Source: Marsupella aquatica (lineage: Eukaryota > Plantae > Marchantiophyta). Taken from it: a DNA stretch of 64,000 nt. The DNA is taken from the NCBI GenBank assembly GCA_973895155.1, contig OZ316892.1, forward strand, positions 18,838,357 through 18,902,356, in the 5' to 3' direction. The position numbers and the translations under genes are program-made. Positions 1 through 13,700 of the stretch are shown piece by piece; positions within the stretch are counted from its first letter, which is position 1; every line of letters begins with the position of its first letter. Under the pieces are notes generated by a model. That model made no database searches, was not told the DNA's origin, and saw only the letters and a program-made list of their open reading frames with translations.

Positions 1-174
1 TCACGCTTGGACCGAGACGCCGACTTCAGCTCGTTATCAATGACCAAACGGCCTGACCTTCTCACGCTCGGGCTTGTCCGGGCACCCCCATAAGAGAGGA
101 GTCGATGGCACTACGGGCCATTCGCTCACGTTTACCTTTTTGGAATTCACGGACGCTGCCATCCGCTCGCCTTT

Positions 175-2622
175 TTGAATCCAGTCGACCTTTACGAGGA
201 AATTATCGAGGGAGAAGAGCGGAATGTGGTGAGATTTAGTCAGGACGAGCGAGGCCTCCGCGAAAAAGGACTAGCCAGGTGGGAACGTGGACGCAACGAA
301 CCGGACTACGAGGTTAGTATGACCCTCACAGCCTTGGGATTTTGGACCTTGTTTGGCGAGGTAGGTGCTAAGTTCTCCGAGACTTACTGGTACTCTTGCC
401 CCGAGAAAGCCGCTTACGAACGAAGGTACGCGAAGCTGGTAACCAAGGTAGCACTGGTTAATTGCGAAAGGACAGCCATCACCAGGGATTCTAGCTATAA
501 TGAGCTGCGAGACTACATCACCGAACTATATCTCAGCGAGGAAGGGCTTAGATCGGTAGCAGAGGCGATTCTTGAGGTTCCAGCTAAGTTCTTTAAGCTG
601 AAGGGCAACCAGCGGCTTACTCAAGCGGAGTTCAACAAGATTCCAGGGTACCTAGACCAGTAGATCGCAGCCGAAAAGTGCCAAAAAGACATCAGCAGAC
701 AACGGGAAGCGGCGCGTAATCTCACATTCCTCAGGGAAAGCTCCAACGCCTTCAACTGGGATATGGCTACCCCAGCGCCTCAACCGATGACCACCGGAGT
801 ACCGCCAAACCAGTCCCAAGTCCGTCCAGTAATCAACGCGGAGTGTTCTTCGGGTTCCGAGCGAGCTAGTCCGCAACTCGAACAGCGTCCTCGTAAGCGG
901 TCAAGGACTACAACGGTCCCCGAATCAACACGGACCGACGCTGCGCCTGCACCTGCCCCGGCAAACCCCCCTACCAACCAGACCCGACGGCCCCCGGATA
1001 ACCCAAAGTCCAACTTATTATAGGTAATCCGCGTCCCCGAGGTAGTCTGGATCGCGATCAAGAAACTCGAACATGCGGACTATCTCAAGGAGCATCAGTT
1101 GGAGCGGTTCGCCCACTTACTATGGAGGCCGTGCGCCGCCGGGCCGAAGGAGATTTGTGAGTTCATCTCCAATTTCGACACTGATGCGTCGACCACCAAG
1201 GTTTCGGGGCAGACCTTATCACTCACGGAGCATCGGCTAACACAAATTTTCGGCCTACCAACCGGGCCGGTGCCGGTGGAAATCCGAATTCGGGATAAGG
1301 AGTATACGCCGCGGCACTTCAAACCCGAGGGTAAGACGGACAACGGATACAAGCAGGGGGCGTGCACCAACTTAACCTGTATGGAGCGGCTTAACTTCAT
1401 ACGGACTACCCTACACATGATTGAGCCACGATCCGAGATTTCCCTCTGCACGATAGTGCAGGTGGAACAGTACAAACGACAAAACTGGGCCCAATTCTTC
1501 TACCGAAGATTCTTGGGGGAGCTGAAGCGGGCTCAGGGTGGTATGGCTATTGGAGGGAAGACTTACTTGGGAAGTCATATCGCCATTATCCTTGCCTGGT
1601 ACAAGGCACGGCGGGAGGCCAGAGGAAAGAATACGGCCACCTCAGCCCCGGGTAATGTCACCCCCACCCCAGAGGAGGCAACCCCGACTACGCGGACTAA
1701 TGTCCCTCGGACAAACCCCGAGCCGGAAGCCCCGACTAATACTCTGCAACCGCCCCCTGTGGAAATTCCACCGCCTCCTTCCGTTGAGCCTCCGCTACCT
1801 GCAGTACAACCACCCCCAATCCCTCCACCACCTGAAGAAACCTTCCCCTCCCCAGCGCTGACTACGGAGGAGCTCATTGCCCCTGCCGAGGAACCACCGG
1901 TACCCGAGAGGATGGAGGACTACCAAGTAGCCCCGGGGACCATGGCCTACGATCTGGTCCAGAAGTTTAGCCAGACTATGTCTGGGGAGTTGGCGACATA
2001 CATCGGACAACAAGTCTCGGCGTACTTTCAGCCAGCCTTCTTCATGTTAGAGCTCCAACCACGGATCGTCAGCCGCTTGGAAGAAGAACTCATGGCGAAG
2101 GGGAATGAGATCGGGCGTCTCCAGATGCTGGTAGAGCACCTCGAGGAAGAGGCAACGACCCGCCGCGAGGATTTAGTCCGCACTGTCGAACAGAGGGACG
2201 GACTAACCCAGGAGTTAAGCGGAGCGCAGGCCGAACTCAAGAAGCTGGATGACACCGAGCTTCAATTACGCTCAGAATCTTTGGCTCGGGTTACCAGCCT
2301 GACCGACCTCAACAAACAATTCCTGCAGGCAGCACAGCAGGTGGCTAGTCTCTCCGCCGAACGAGATAAATTTCTAGCGCAGGACCAGGTCCATCGCGAC
2401 GCCATCGACCAGCTCAACTTGGAGGTGGCGCGGCTCCAGACTGAAGCCGATGAAGCTGCAAACGAGGCGGAGGAAGCATTACGGGACAACAAGGCTTTGC
2501 AGGACCGCATCACCCTGCTCGTCCTCCAGCGGGGAAAACCTGGGCCCACCTCTGATCAAGGCGGCTCGAGGTCTCACCCCGACAAGGGGACCAGCCCTGG
2601 TCCAACCACTGCACACACGTAA
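175..2622 (+). pseudogene. Retrotransposon accessory ORF (plant-transposon-protein-like domain, Pro-rich linker, long coiled coil), interrupted by in-frame stops
   Basis: ORFs 175-663, 763-1023 and 1099-2622 share one frame separated only by TAG codons (661, 1021); motif EFISNFD..KVSGQTLSLTEHRLTQIFGLP resembles Athila/Tat accessory proteins; heptad-rich C-terminus. Confidence 0.55.
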
Positions 2623-3472
2623 GGGGTAGTTAGCGAAGGGTAGAAGCAGGCGCCGCGCGAGGCGGTTAAGTCAACGGCATCTTTTAGTTAGGCGTAACGA
2701 CAGAATGACTGTCATTAGGCGCCAATTAGCGGCAGTAGGAAGAATTAGGGCCGGTCAGTTAGGATCAGCCAACGTAGGATTGAGTCCATCAACGGACTAG
2801 AGTTTGTCAGTAGGCTTGGCCGCTGCCATTCCGGTTGGCACACTCGTAGTCGACGGTCAACCGGTCAGTGCAGCGCGACCAGTAGTCAGCAGTTAGTTAG
2901 TCAGTAGGTAGTACCCCGGAAGGTAGTATCCTCCGGTTCTCTTCCGCTATGGTAGTATTTAGGCTTCCCCTTCTGCGATGGGAAAGGGGGAGAAGGCTTA
3001 GTTATCTCAGCAGAAGAAAGGCGAGGCACGGGGAGTCCCGGCCTGAGTAGGGTCAGAGCGTACCAAGGAGTGAGAGCCAGAGTCGAGCTTGCTGGGCAAG
3101 TGCGAGGCAGGGCCTCGTAGAGACTGGGCATCGACTGCCGTTGGGCCTGCTGACCCCCTTTGAAGTCGAGTCAACCATGTAAACTGATGCTTCGCTGAGT
3201 AAATGTAGTCTTTTCCCCCTAATGTTTCTGAGAGTAACTGGTGTTGTGTGTATGCTTTGTCCGGGCAAAGGCGCGGACTAATGGTAGGGATTGCCACTCA
3301 TTGCATGTCACAAGTTCCTGTCACGTCGATGGCTTGAAAAGCCCCAAGTTGGGAGTTAGTCCGCGTCACTAACTGAGGGAAAATTCCAGCGGTGGAAAAT
3401 AAATATACCTATGTCAAGTACGAATTATGCGAGTGTTATACCAGTAAGTATAGCGGTTTAGCCCGACTTAGG

Positions 3473-3800
3473 CTCGGGGGGGTCACTTCCACGGAAGTGA
3501 CACATCACGTGCGACGAAGTATAGGCCCATTTAAATGGGTGTGGCGGAAGACTTCCAAAGTTTGGTGGAAGAACACATAGGGCATGTTTTATTGATTGGT
3601 CGACTTTAAAGAACACATAGGCCTATTTAATTGCAAAAAATACTTTCTATAAAGTTTTTAGGGGTTTTTTAATAAAAAATGACAAAATTTTAAGAAAGAA
3701 AGGGCTTTGCAAAAAAATATTTTTCACTTTAAAGTTAGGGGGGTCAAACCCTAAAACGTCGCACGCGATGTATGACCCTCCATATAGTGACCCCCCCGAG
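3473..3800 (+). mobile_element. MITE copy 1 (328 bp), 15-bp TIR CTCGGGGGGGTCACT, 8-bp TSD GACTTAGG
   Basis: TIRs at both ends; GACTTAGG at 3465-3472 and 3801-3808; near-identical to 13354-13681 and 37613-37940. Confidence 0.97.
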
Positions 3801-4310
3801 GACTTAGGGCTAATGAAGGTCACTACACACCTCCTTGCCCGAACCCTCACCCCTACTGGTGGTCGAGGTCGCACCACGACACTAACCCGGATTTAAGGCC
3901 CAGGGTAGGGGTGCGACAAAATGTAATAGGGTAACTAGAATAGGTCACTTGATGCAAAGATCTAATCTCATGATAGAGAAAAATGGATCAAGAATGGGTC
4001 CAAATTATGGGTCTTAGTAAATTCACAAGTGTATAAAATCCCCAAACACTCTAAGTCAAACAACAAAAGTGCTAAGCTTGCATGTACAATGTAAGGAATA
4101 AGAACCACAAAGTTAAGCTCATGTTGGAGGAATAGCAATTGGGATGGGTGACCAATTAATTGAGAAAATTTGAAGAGTTCACATGTCAAGGGAAATGGGC
4201 ACATAGCTCATAGTTCCAAATGAAAATAGAACCCAATTAAAGGATCGGAAGAGATGGGTGACCTGAGCATGTCGCGTCCGCTGAAATGCATATCCCATTT
4301 TGATTGCTTT

Positions 4311-4463
4311 AGACTTTCCCATTCTCCTAGCATCGGACTTTCCCATTCTCTCAGCATCGGACTTTCCCATTCTCCTAGCATCGGACTTTCCCATTCTCTC
4401 TCCATCAGACTTTCCCATTCTCCTAGCATCGGACTTTCCCATTCTCCCACCATCGGACTTTCC
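4311..4463. repeat. Tandem minisatellite, 24-bp unit GGACTTTCCCATTCTCCTAGCATC, ~6 copies
   Basis: Direct reading; produces the repetitive MGKSDARR ORFs in the ORF track. Confidence 0.95.
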
Positions 4464-4718
4464 GATAGAAGTCCGATTGTCGATATCCGATACTATTAAA
4501 ATGGCATGTTGCGATGCTAGTAGTATCGGATGTATGGTTTTTCAAATTTTATTTTACAAAGGCATCCGATGTGGAGAGAATCAGAAAAAGGAGGTAAAAT
4601 GTACTAGTGCTTCAAACCCAACCTGCGAGACAAAGTGCCACAGAACCAAAGAATGTGCCAACAAATGGATACTAAAGCCGTGTCCTTACGGATCTAACAA
4701 CGCTCTCGGCCACCCCAG

Positions 4719-4790
4719 GACTCCTATCATGAATTCATGAAGGGAGTCTCCCTCTCGCACTGACCTTCATGAATTCATGAAGGGAGTCTG
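4719..4790. repeat. Pair of TCATGAATTCATGA palindromes (perfect 20-bp CCTTCATGAATTCATGAAGG at 4764-4783)
   Basis: Direct reading; further copies at 5691-5704 and ~20158-20171. Confidence 0.9.
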
Positions 4791-5341
4791 TTCTCTCTTT
4801 GCATGTACACCTCGGACATTCAGAAGGGTATTGAAAATGGGGTTCGGAGGGAGGGTGATGTGAAGAAATCACCCAGGGTCTAAATAACTACCTAAAATAG
4901 GGTCGAAATGAAGCGCGACCATGACAACTCGCGACACGTCGCCGATGAGTGCTGAAAACGGCACGAAATTGGATAGCGAGATTGTTTTTCACTCTTTTAC
5001 AAAGGAAATCCAAATGACATCGAGTGAAAGTGAATGGGCTGCCCCATGTTACTTGGTTATACATACTAATCATGGATCAGGTGCGACTTAGTAAAATTAA
5101 CACCAAATCATGATAAATCAATGTTTTCGGGCCAATTATTCATGAATATTTTGGGGTAATAACGAGAAAAAGTTTGTAAATTTCATGAATATCTGATATT
5201 TTTGAAGTTAAGAAGTCACAACAACCTGTGAAAAACTATAAATAGGCTTGTTTATTCATGACTCTTGGTCATTATTTTGAGGAGATTTGTTAGATTTTAC
5301 TGATTTTCTGAGTTTCTTGTCAATTTGCACTAGTTTTTCCA

Positions 5342-8194
5342 ATGGCGGCATGTTACGAATCAGATGATTATTCGGATGGAGTTTCTGATGATGTTTCATT
5401 GCCGGATGGGCCCTGCACAGTGGTTGGCCCAGATATCCCTGGAATAACTACTATTTTAGATATGCCACCCCCACCCCTATGAGCAAGTTAAAACGTACTC
5501 CTTTACGACTTGCAATTAGTGGGAAGAAATCATTGGTCGGTGGTAAGGAGAAGTCAGGGAGCTCCTCTGACTCCTTGGAGAGTATCGGTCTCCCTGGACG
5601 TCAAGTTGTGTCTCCTTTGTCACCAACAAAGGACAATTTGGGTAGTAATGTGGAAGGTTCAATGTCTATTGGGATGTCTGGGAAACGGTCTCATGAATTC
5701 ATGAAGACTGGATTTGGGAAGACAAAGAAGGCCCACTAAGTGGGCCAAATGACGGAAATTTTTGCAGTCTCCAAAGTGTTCAGCGGCTGAAGCAAATGCC
5801 AAAAAGTAAAACCTTTGGTAAGCCAACGTCGGAAACATTTCACAAGGGAATGAGGGAAGAAACTAGACGACCAGTGTTATTGAAAAGTATTCCATAAAGG
5901 AATTCTAATGTGCATTCCTCATTTTTACCTGGGAGTCATGGTGTTGGGGCAAGGAGCGGATCAAGTCACGGAAACTCAAATAGGGAAACCAACCTGGTGG
6001 AGAGGGCCCCTAGGAAAATATTGAAAGGGTCCTTACATGGTAATGGAGGGATTTCTGAAATACGCCGAGGTATTCCAAGGCTGCATAGAGTGAAGGAAGA
6101 GCCTCCATCTCCAAAGGCTGCAGGTCTGGAATCTCGGGATGTTCAGAAGAATGTTGGTGACCATTTCATCATTGAATGATAGCGAGTCTTCGGAGAGTGA
6201 GGAGGATGATGATGTTCCAGTGGCATCTAGTCGTTACAAATGTACGAGCAACGCCACTTTGTGTGAAACAAAGTTCAAAGAGGAGGATATCAAGAAAACA
6301 AATAGTAAGTACTGTTGTCAGAGTCATTGTCTCCTAAGTCTATCTCCAAAAGAAATTTGTGAGGCGCGTTCTAAATTTTTGAGGCAGAAATCTCAGGATC
6401 GATCTCTATCTTTGCAGTGGCTTATAAAGCAAGACGGAAATGAAGGAGGGAGGCAGACTATATCTTACACGTTTGGTCAAATTAAAGAGTATTTGTCGGA
6501 AAGCTTTCAAGCTTATATTTTGCGTTGGCAATCAGAGATTAAATAGAATTTTGAAATTAGACAACCAAGACTTAGGATATTCTAAACCAGTTGGACGCCC
6601 TCCATCTGTTAAAAGATTAGTCTTGGTCAGTTGGCTTAGGTCATTTTTTGAGACACGCGTGGAAACATTGCCAAATAAAGAAGTTTCACATTTACCGGAT
6701 AATTATTCAAAGCTGGAGGTATGGAAGATCTACGATTCCAACTATGCCAAGATTGATGAATCATCAAAAATATCCTATCAACAATTCTTGAAAGTTTGGG
6801 TTCAAGAATTTGGTCATGTCACGAAGATTCCTCCAGTCAATCGATTCAGTGCTTGCACGGATTGCGAGGAGTTCATTTGAATCAATTCGGGACAAAGCTG
6901 TCTCGGAGACCGAAAAAAGTAAGTTACTTACAAGTTTGACAAGTTTTTTGTTTCAAGAATATGGCTTAGCACATGATTTCTATTTTTTTGAAGAAACTAA
7001 CAAGTTGTTTTTCCAGGGCGAGGGGAGATTATGTTACAAAAACATAGAGACCAACAATCCAAAGAACGTGAGAAACTCATGAAGCATCGTAAGAAATGTT
7101 TTTCAAATCCTGATAAATATTTGGGAGTTGTCATTGATGGGATGGATCAGAAGAAGACAAGGTTGCCTCATTGGCCGCGTCCCCCAAAATCGGTGGACAA
7201 AACATGTTTGATCCAAATGCACATTGTCGGATGCCTGGTTTTCAATGGTGCACTATTTTGAAGAGTATTTCTTAATTATCCGGTATTGCATAATGATGGA
7301 AACTTGACAGTCACAATCCTACAAAGGGTGTTTCACAAATGGAAAGAAAAGCCTGGTGGCTTGCCGCCTGTTCTCTATCTTCAACTTGATAATACCAGTA
7401 GAGAAAATAAAAATAATTTACTCTTTGCCTATCTTCATATGTTAATTCGAAGAAAGGTTTTTCGGAAAATTAAACTAGGATTCTTGTTGGTTGGACACAC
7501 ACACGACCAAATAGATCAAATGTTCAGTCGATTTTCTAAACGACTAGCAAGGTTTAAGGCATTCACATACGAAAGCCTATGTGATATTATTTGCGAATCA
7601 TATCAACCCCGACCAAATATCACTCTTTTAAAGGAAACATATGATTTCCGTCAATATGCTTTCTCAGATCCACCTTTAGTCATTGAAAGGATTCGAAATG
7701 TTACCTTCCACCACCAGTACAAATTTGCACTTGACAAGTTGGAAGATCAAGTTCCAACCCAATGGGGGAAGAAGTTTTCAACGGACTCAACTTGGAAACC
7801 TGACGGAGGCGTGAAATTTTTGAGGGAAGAGGAGCCAGAAAAGGTGATGGGTTGTGCTCCCGGATTACCCCTTTTCAAAAAGGGGGATAAGAACGTTACA
7901 AGGACTCAACCAAATATGTCTAGTTCTTCAAGAATGACTTTGAAGGAGATGGATGATTCGTTAAATGAGATTCAAAAGGGAATACTTGCAGTTGAAACTT
8001 TATTCTCATAAGAGGAAGTGAACTGGTGGAGAATGTTTTTTGAAGAGCAGCGGGAATTGAATAAATCCTTGCTCCTTGATCAAAGACCATTGATTTTCCC
8101 TTTTCAATGGCCACGTTCCCAAGGGGAGATTGCTGTTGTTGCTGAAGTTCCAAGAGTCCTTGTCAATGAAGAGGAAATTGAAGAGAGAGTATAC
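5342..8194 (+). pseudogene. Sola-like/DUF7869-type DDE transposase, 5' part (frameshifted, split by CACTA insertion)
   Basis: Motifs VIDGMDQKKT, LYLQLDNTSRENKN, FLLVGHTHDQIDQMFS and an upstream CxxC (FSACTDCEEF); GT..AG intron ~6919-7016; several frameshifts/stops. Confidence 0.85.
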
Positions 8195-8773
8195 CACTAG
8201 TAGAAACCGGGGGGTATTTAGACCCCATTAAACGACTATGTAGTACCGTATAGGACTCGGAAACGACTGGGAAGGACTCCAGTCCTTTATAGGACTGTGA
8301 GTCGTATGTTTTGTTACTATAATCAACTGAGTCCTTTATAGAACTGGTTCACGAGTCGTTTAATAGACTGGATTTTCAGTCTATTGTAGTCTTTGTTTGG
8401 GTAGCTTTGGTGAGTCATTTTCAGTCTTTTAAGGGGTGCGATGGTGAGTTGTTGGGAAGGACTAAACAGGTTATGGAGGGTAGTCTTTGAGTTTACTTTG
8501 TGGGTCTATAAAACGACTAAAGGAGATACTTAGTGGGGTATGTATAAGTCTTTCATGTCAACTCGAAATGAGTGATGAAGACCCCACTATACTACTTGGA
8601 ATGTGCACAAATAAGACATTCCATTCATGTTTTTTTGTGTACTGTAAATGAACTCACTCTATAAGGTCACAAAGCATGAAACTACCATACACACTAATAT
8701 TGAAATGATACAAAACAGATTCTAGTATCATCCAATGGTCACCTTACAGCCATAGTTTGACATCAATCACTTG

Positions 8774-10620
8774 TGTAAGTAGTGGGTAATTCCAAAAGCA
8801 TGAAGAAACTGAAAATTTTTAAATTTTTTACGGTGTTTAGACTGCAATTATTGCTAACTGTAACTAAAACAGCATTCAAAGTTACTAAGTTCCTAAGTTA
8901 CGAGTAAACTCAGTTTACGAGTTTACTAGTTCACTGCTTTACGAGTTACACCTTAAGATTTGGCGACTCTGTGATCGTGACATCTTACAACTAGTTCAAC
9001 GGGACTCCACAACGGATGAAGAGCTCACCTTGAAAGGGAAGGAATGCAAGACATAGGCGCTCATTACTGACTTCTCTTCCACCTTACCTCTCAAACTCTG
9101 CCCAGCTTCAACCGGTATTTCAGAGATGTCAAATGGAGACTTCGACCCTTCTATTCCAGGATGATGAGTAGTGATGAGTTCCTGTTTCATTATCCTCAAG
9201 TGTATGCTGCTACCTGCAACAACTATGATGTGATCGGGATGTACAGAGAAGCTCTTCGTATAGATTCATGTTATTTGATGAAGAGAATGCCTTTGATGTA
9301 CCCTAAGAGACAACTGAGGTGCCTACCATACTCCAGAGGATCCCCACGCCAAGCTAAGCTGATAGAGGTTACCCAGAACCGAATTGTTACCCTTGTGGAG
9401 TTACTAGAACCAGAGGACATCCGACAGCAAGCTTGAAGAAGTCTCTAAGTGTTCTTAGTTAGTTTTTAGAGTAGTGCATCTTATCTGATTTTTAGAAATG
9501 TGTTCTAGAGCTTTAGAAGCTGTCATACTTCTTTAGGCTGTAGTCTGTACCTAGGAAACCCTGCTGGAAAAATTTCAGAGTTTTTCGAATCAGGAGTAGA
9601 AAGTTAAAAATAGTTGAATCTACTCAATTTTTAGTATACCGAAATTAAGAGTTTAAGAGTTTAAGTTTTTACGTTTTTAAGAGTTTAAGTTTTTAAGAGT
9701 TTAAGAGTTCATACTTAGCCATTTTTTCCGGCTTTCCACTTATTGAATCGTCGTTTTGACTTTTTGAGGGTTATGAAGAGGCATGTCTCTTCGACCCTGT
9801 GACCTCTTATTCTGTAGTTCATCACTATTTATACCTCTTCCCCTAGTGTAGAGAGATGGTTAAGTTTTGCAGTTTTGCCTCTCCCTTGTGTTAAACTAGT
9901 TGATCATGAATCTATGAGTTCGAGATCAGGTTTAACATTTGGAGAGACTTACCTCCTTCTTGTATTTTGGAACCCAAATACTTGAAGTAAAACCTCAGTT
10001 ATGAATCTCGTGAATTATAATGTCAGATTCCGATTTGGTGACACATTGTAATCTCACAAGTTCTTAGAGTTAACTCATTGAGTTTAAGTTGCATTGGAAA
10101 TGATGTTTTCACCTTCATGTTGCTTAGTACCATCTAAATGCTGAAGTATTTATCCTTTTAGATCTTGACTAAGTATCACTTAGGAAGAAAGGTCAAGACA
10201 TGTTGCCGGCATTTTAAAAGGATACTCTAGTATGTAGTTTAGATCTGAAAAGCCGTGTGGATTTGAATTTCCTTTAAGTCATTCCATTATTACTTATGTC
10301 TAAGGAGTAACCTTGGTCTATTCCAGACTCCCTTAAGCATACTCTGAGAGATTTTTCCTTGTGTTTTGTTAATTGCAATCTTTTGCTTAATTGAAGGTTA
10401 TCTGATGTTGAGTTATCATCAAAAACTACTCACCGCTGTGGAGCGATCTTCAAAGTACCTGATTAAAGTAGTCAAGATTGATTACTATGTGTGACACAAG
10501 AGCTTAAAGCTTTGTTTTTAGTTTATTACATCAAACCAACCCCATCTTGTTCTTAAAGGGAACGAATACCGAGTTTAGAGACTTTAAAATGTGATTTTTG
10601 GTTCTCTATGGCAAACTACA
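8774..10620. mobile_element. Solo LTR (1847 bp), TG...CA, 5-bp TSD ACTTG
   Basis: Begins TGTAAG, ends CTACA; ACTTG at 8769-8773 and 10621-10625; absent from the homologous position (~53640) of sister CACTA element B. Confidence 0.9.
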
Positions 10621-10796
10621 ACTTGTTTCATACATACACACAGAATTCAGAAATATATACATGTCACACATAATGATAACGAATCCGTCATCCTCTTTAC
10701 CAAATGGAAAAATTGGTACAGATATTTTTTGGATCTTTCCAAGGCAATGTCAAAATGTAACACAATTCACATGGTTCTATCTACACTTGCATTCAG

Positions 10797-13700
10797 TCAC
10801 TACAGACTAACACACTCTGATGGCCAGAGCACAAGAGATCCTACTGCATCTACAATTATTTCCTGAGGTGGATCATCATCTCTATTCGGAAATGGCAAAT
10901 TACAATCAGATACAATCACTATAGTCAACAACACTACTACATGGTCATCGGGGACCACTTTGCCATGGAATTTAGCATGATCCGGTCACAAAATGCTTGT
11001 ACCCACACATACTTGTGAGTCATCCTCCCATGATTGAAGATTATGGACTGGCTCTGCTATGGCTATCACCTCCATGGCTATCACATGCTGTTTTTCTTGG
11101 CTTTCCTGGGTGGCTTATACATGACATTATTCATACCTTGGTTGCGAGTCATGACTTTGGCACGAGTGTTTTGTGCTGGTGATCGAGAATTGGCTACACT
11201 CTTCTTCAAAGAATCTGCATCCATATTTGACACTTCCGATTGTGTAGCAGGATTTCCCTGCGACATCATCTCAGTATATGCCAACATTGTACTTGCTTCA
11301 ATTGAAGCATCTACAATCTTACTTGCATCCAATGTTGCTCCCAAATTTCGACGTCACTTCACCCTGCTCCCACTTGGTTGAGAATCTGACAACTCTGCAT
11401 CAACTACAATTCAGTGCCATTGTCCAACATAAGTGAATCACTCATCACATGTGCTACATGTACATGTCACCAACCACAAAGTTGTCACTATCTCCTTACC
11501 ATTATGAACAGCCTTCTTCCCCTTCTTTGCCATTGCCATATCCTCCATGTCTGCTTCTGCTGATCAATAAACACACCACAATATTCAGGTTGAATCTATT
11601 AACCATTGAATTGTCTCTCAACATTCATATAGAGGAATTTAAAGCATCAGCTTACCTGATACCTCCTTGGCTATGGTCACTGAGGCACTGGGCACATCCT
11701 TTTCATTATTGCTCTTTGAGTCACCTGAAGCAAGTTAATCATGATGTCACTTCAGATCCCAGTTGATCCAACCAGTTCTTACAGAAAAGATTACCTCCAA
11801 TCGGCTTAAGCTTCACAAAACTCCATGCACTTTTCAAATGTAATGTACTGGATCATAGCAGGTTACCTGTCTCAGCAACCTTCTTGCCCTTCTGCTTACT
11901 TATTACAGGGCCCTTCGATGCCTCCACTCTTCTTGCATTCAAACCATTCACTCAATTCATGAAAACCCACTTCTAATATTTGAACATAGGACACAATGAA
12001 CAATGGGCCGGTGTCATTTCCATACTTGTGTCAGATTTGCCAATTCCCTTTTTTGTTAACAAGGGCACACTTTGTACAAGGTTGCCCTCATTGTTTGGCT
12101 GAGAACCACCCAATTTCTCAATCACAAGCTTGAAATTAGATTCCACTGATGCAAGTAGGTTTGCTACAGATGCCTCCAAAATATCCAAACGATCACCCAA
12201 TTTACTTTCCACTCGAGGAAGTCCACACTCTAATGACTTCAACCGTTCACACATCTCTGCAAGAGTTGTAACAGTTCCCTGTAATCACACAACTTACATA
12301 TCTCAGATAACTGTCCCCAAGAACTGGTTGCTTACTTTCTACTACATTTCCTTCTGATGCTATCGAACATCACAGAATTACAATATAATCACCTGTTTGG
12401 AAGTCACACTTGTCACCTCACTCCTTTGTTTCATGAACTCCTCTCTCACTTCTTGTGCTGATGGTTCTTCACTTGTCAATTTTTTCTGTATGCCACATCA
12501 ACATACATATGAATTAAAGCAACTGTTGATTGTCAATGAAAATGCAATAATAGTAGCAAGATGATTAGTGATAGGCTACGCTTACTATTAGACATGCCTT
12601 ACCAGTTGTTCTTTCACTGGAGCATAACTTCCTCTCCCAGCCTATGAAAGGTGTTTCACTTTGCCTCGAGCATTTGACATCAGTTCACTCTTGCTCTGCC
12701 CAGCCTCTGACATGAACCCTTTGATTAACCGTGTCCATTGATCCAGTTCCAATGATGGGGGTGCTGGCATTCTCCTGTTAGAACCATTGTCTATCCACAT
12801 CCTTTTCAACCTATGTCTCTTTTGTTTCAAAATCCTCATTGCATAATCTGATATGCAATCTTCAACTGGGCCCTTACCATCATTACCAACATACTCCCAC
12901 CGTTCAAGAATGTCCTTGCAAATAGCAGCCCAATCGGCTTTGTTCTGACTCCTAAACTCTGTAATGCTCAAATCTAACCAGCGCAATACTTCTCCTCTCA
13001 AGTTAGAATGCCAGCGGTTCTTACCATCACATGTGGGAGTTATCCAACCATCGGAATTCACTTCTACTTTACCAAATTTGTTACTGTCTCCTGCCTTGGT
13101 ACTCCCTGAAGCGCTACTAGGTGTCCCTCCACGGCCTGGTGTCCCCCCACGGCTTGGGCCCCCACGGCCTGCACCACGGCCTGGAGCGCATTGTGCAAAC
13201 CTCCCTGGAGTCCCTGCACATTTACGGGAACCATTTTTTAAGTATGAAGCATAAATTTTGCTACCAAATATACACTGAGCTTCAGAGCAATTTTGCAATG
13301 ACCAAGTTACCTCTCCCTGGGCGCATAGATGGTTCTGGACCATCTGTCCAATTCTCGGGGGGGTCACTTCCACGGAAGTGACACATCACGTGCGACGAAG
13401 TATAGGCCCATTTAAATGGGTGTGGCGGAAGACTTCCAAAGTTTGGTGGAAGAACACATAGGGCATGTTTTATTGATTGGTCGACTTTAAAGAACACATA
13501 GGCCTATTTAATTGCAAAAAATACTTTCTATAAAGTTTTTAGGGGTTTTTTAATAAAAAATGACAAAATTTTAAGAAAGAAAGGGCTTTGCAAAAAAATA
13601 TTTTTCACTTTAAAGTTAGGGGGGTCAAACCCTAAAACGTCGCACGCGATGTATGACCCTCCATATAGTGACCCCCCCGAGGTCCAATTGCCTTGTCTTG

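Larger units (their letters stand above)
1..3918. mobile_element. Terminal part of a Ty3/gypsy-like LTR retrotransposon (other end outside window)
   Basis: GC-rich block ends sharply at ...GGGGTGCGACA (3918), a typical Ty3 LTR terminus, then composition turns AT-rich; contains a long accessory-type ORF; no gag/pol visible in window. Confidence 0.55.

Noticed and set aside
3392-3877. Repeated small ORFs (GGVTSTEVTHHVRR..., GGSLYGGSYIACDVLG...) seen three times
   Set aside because: They are chance translations of the non-coding MITE
4179-4740. Repeat proteins MGKSDARR / SDFPILLA
   Set aside because: Artefacts of a stop-free 24-bp minisatellite, open in several frames
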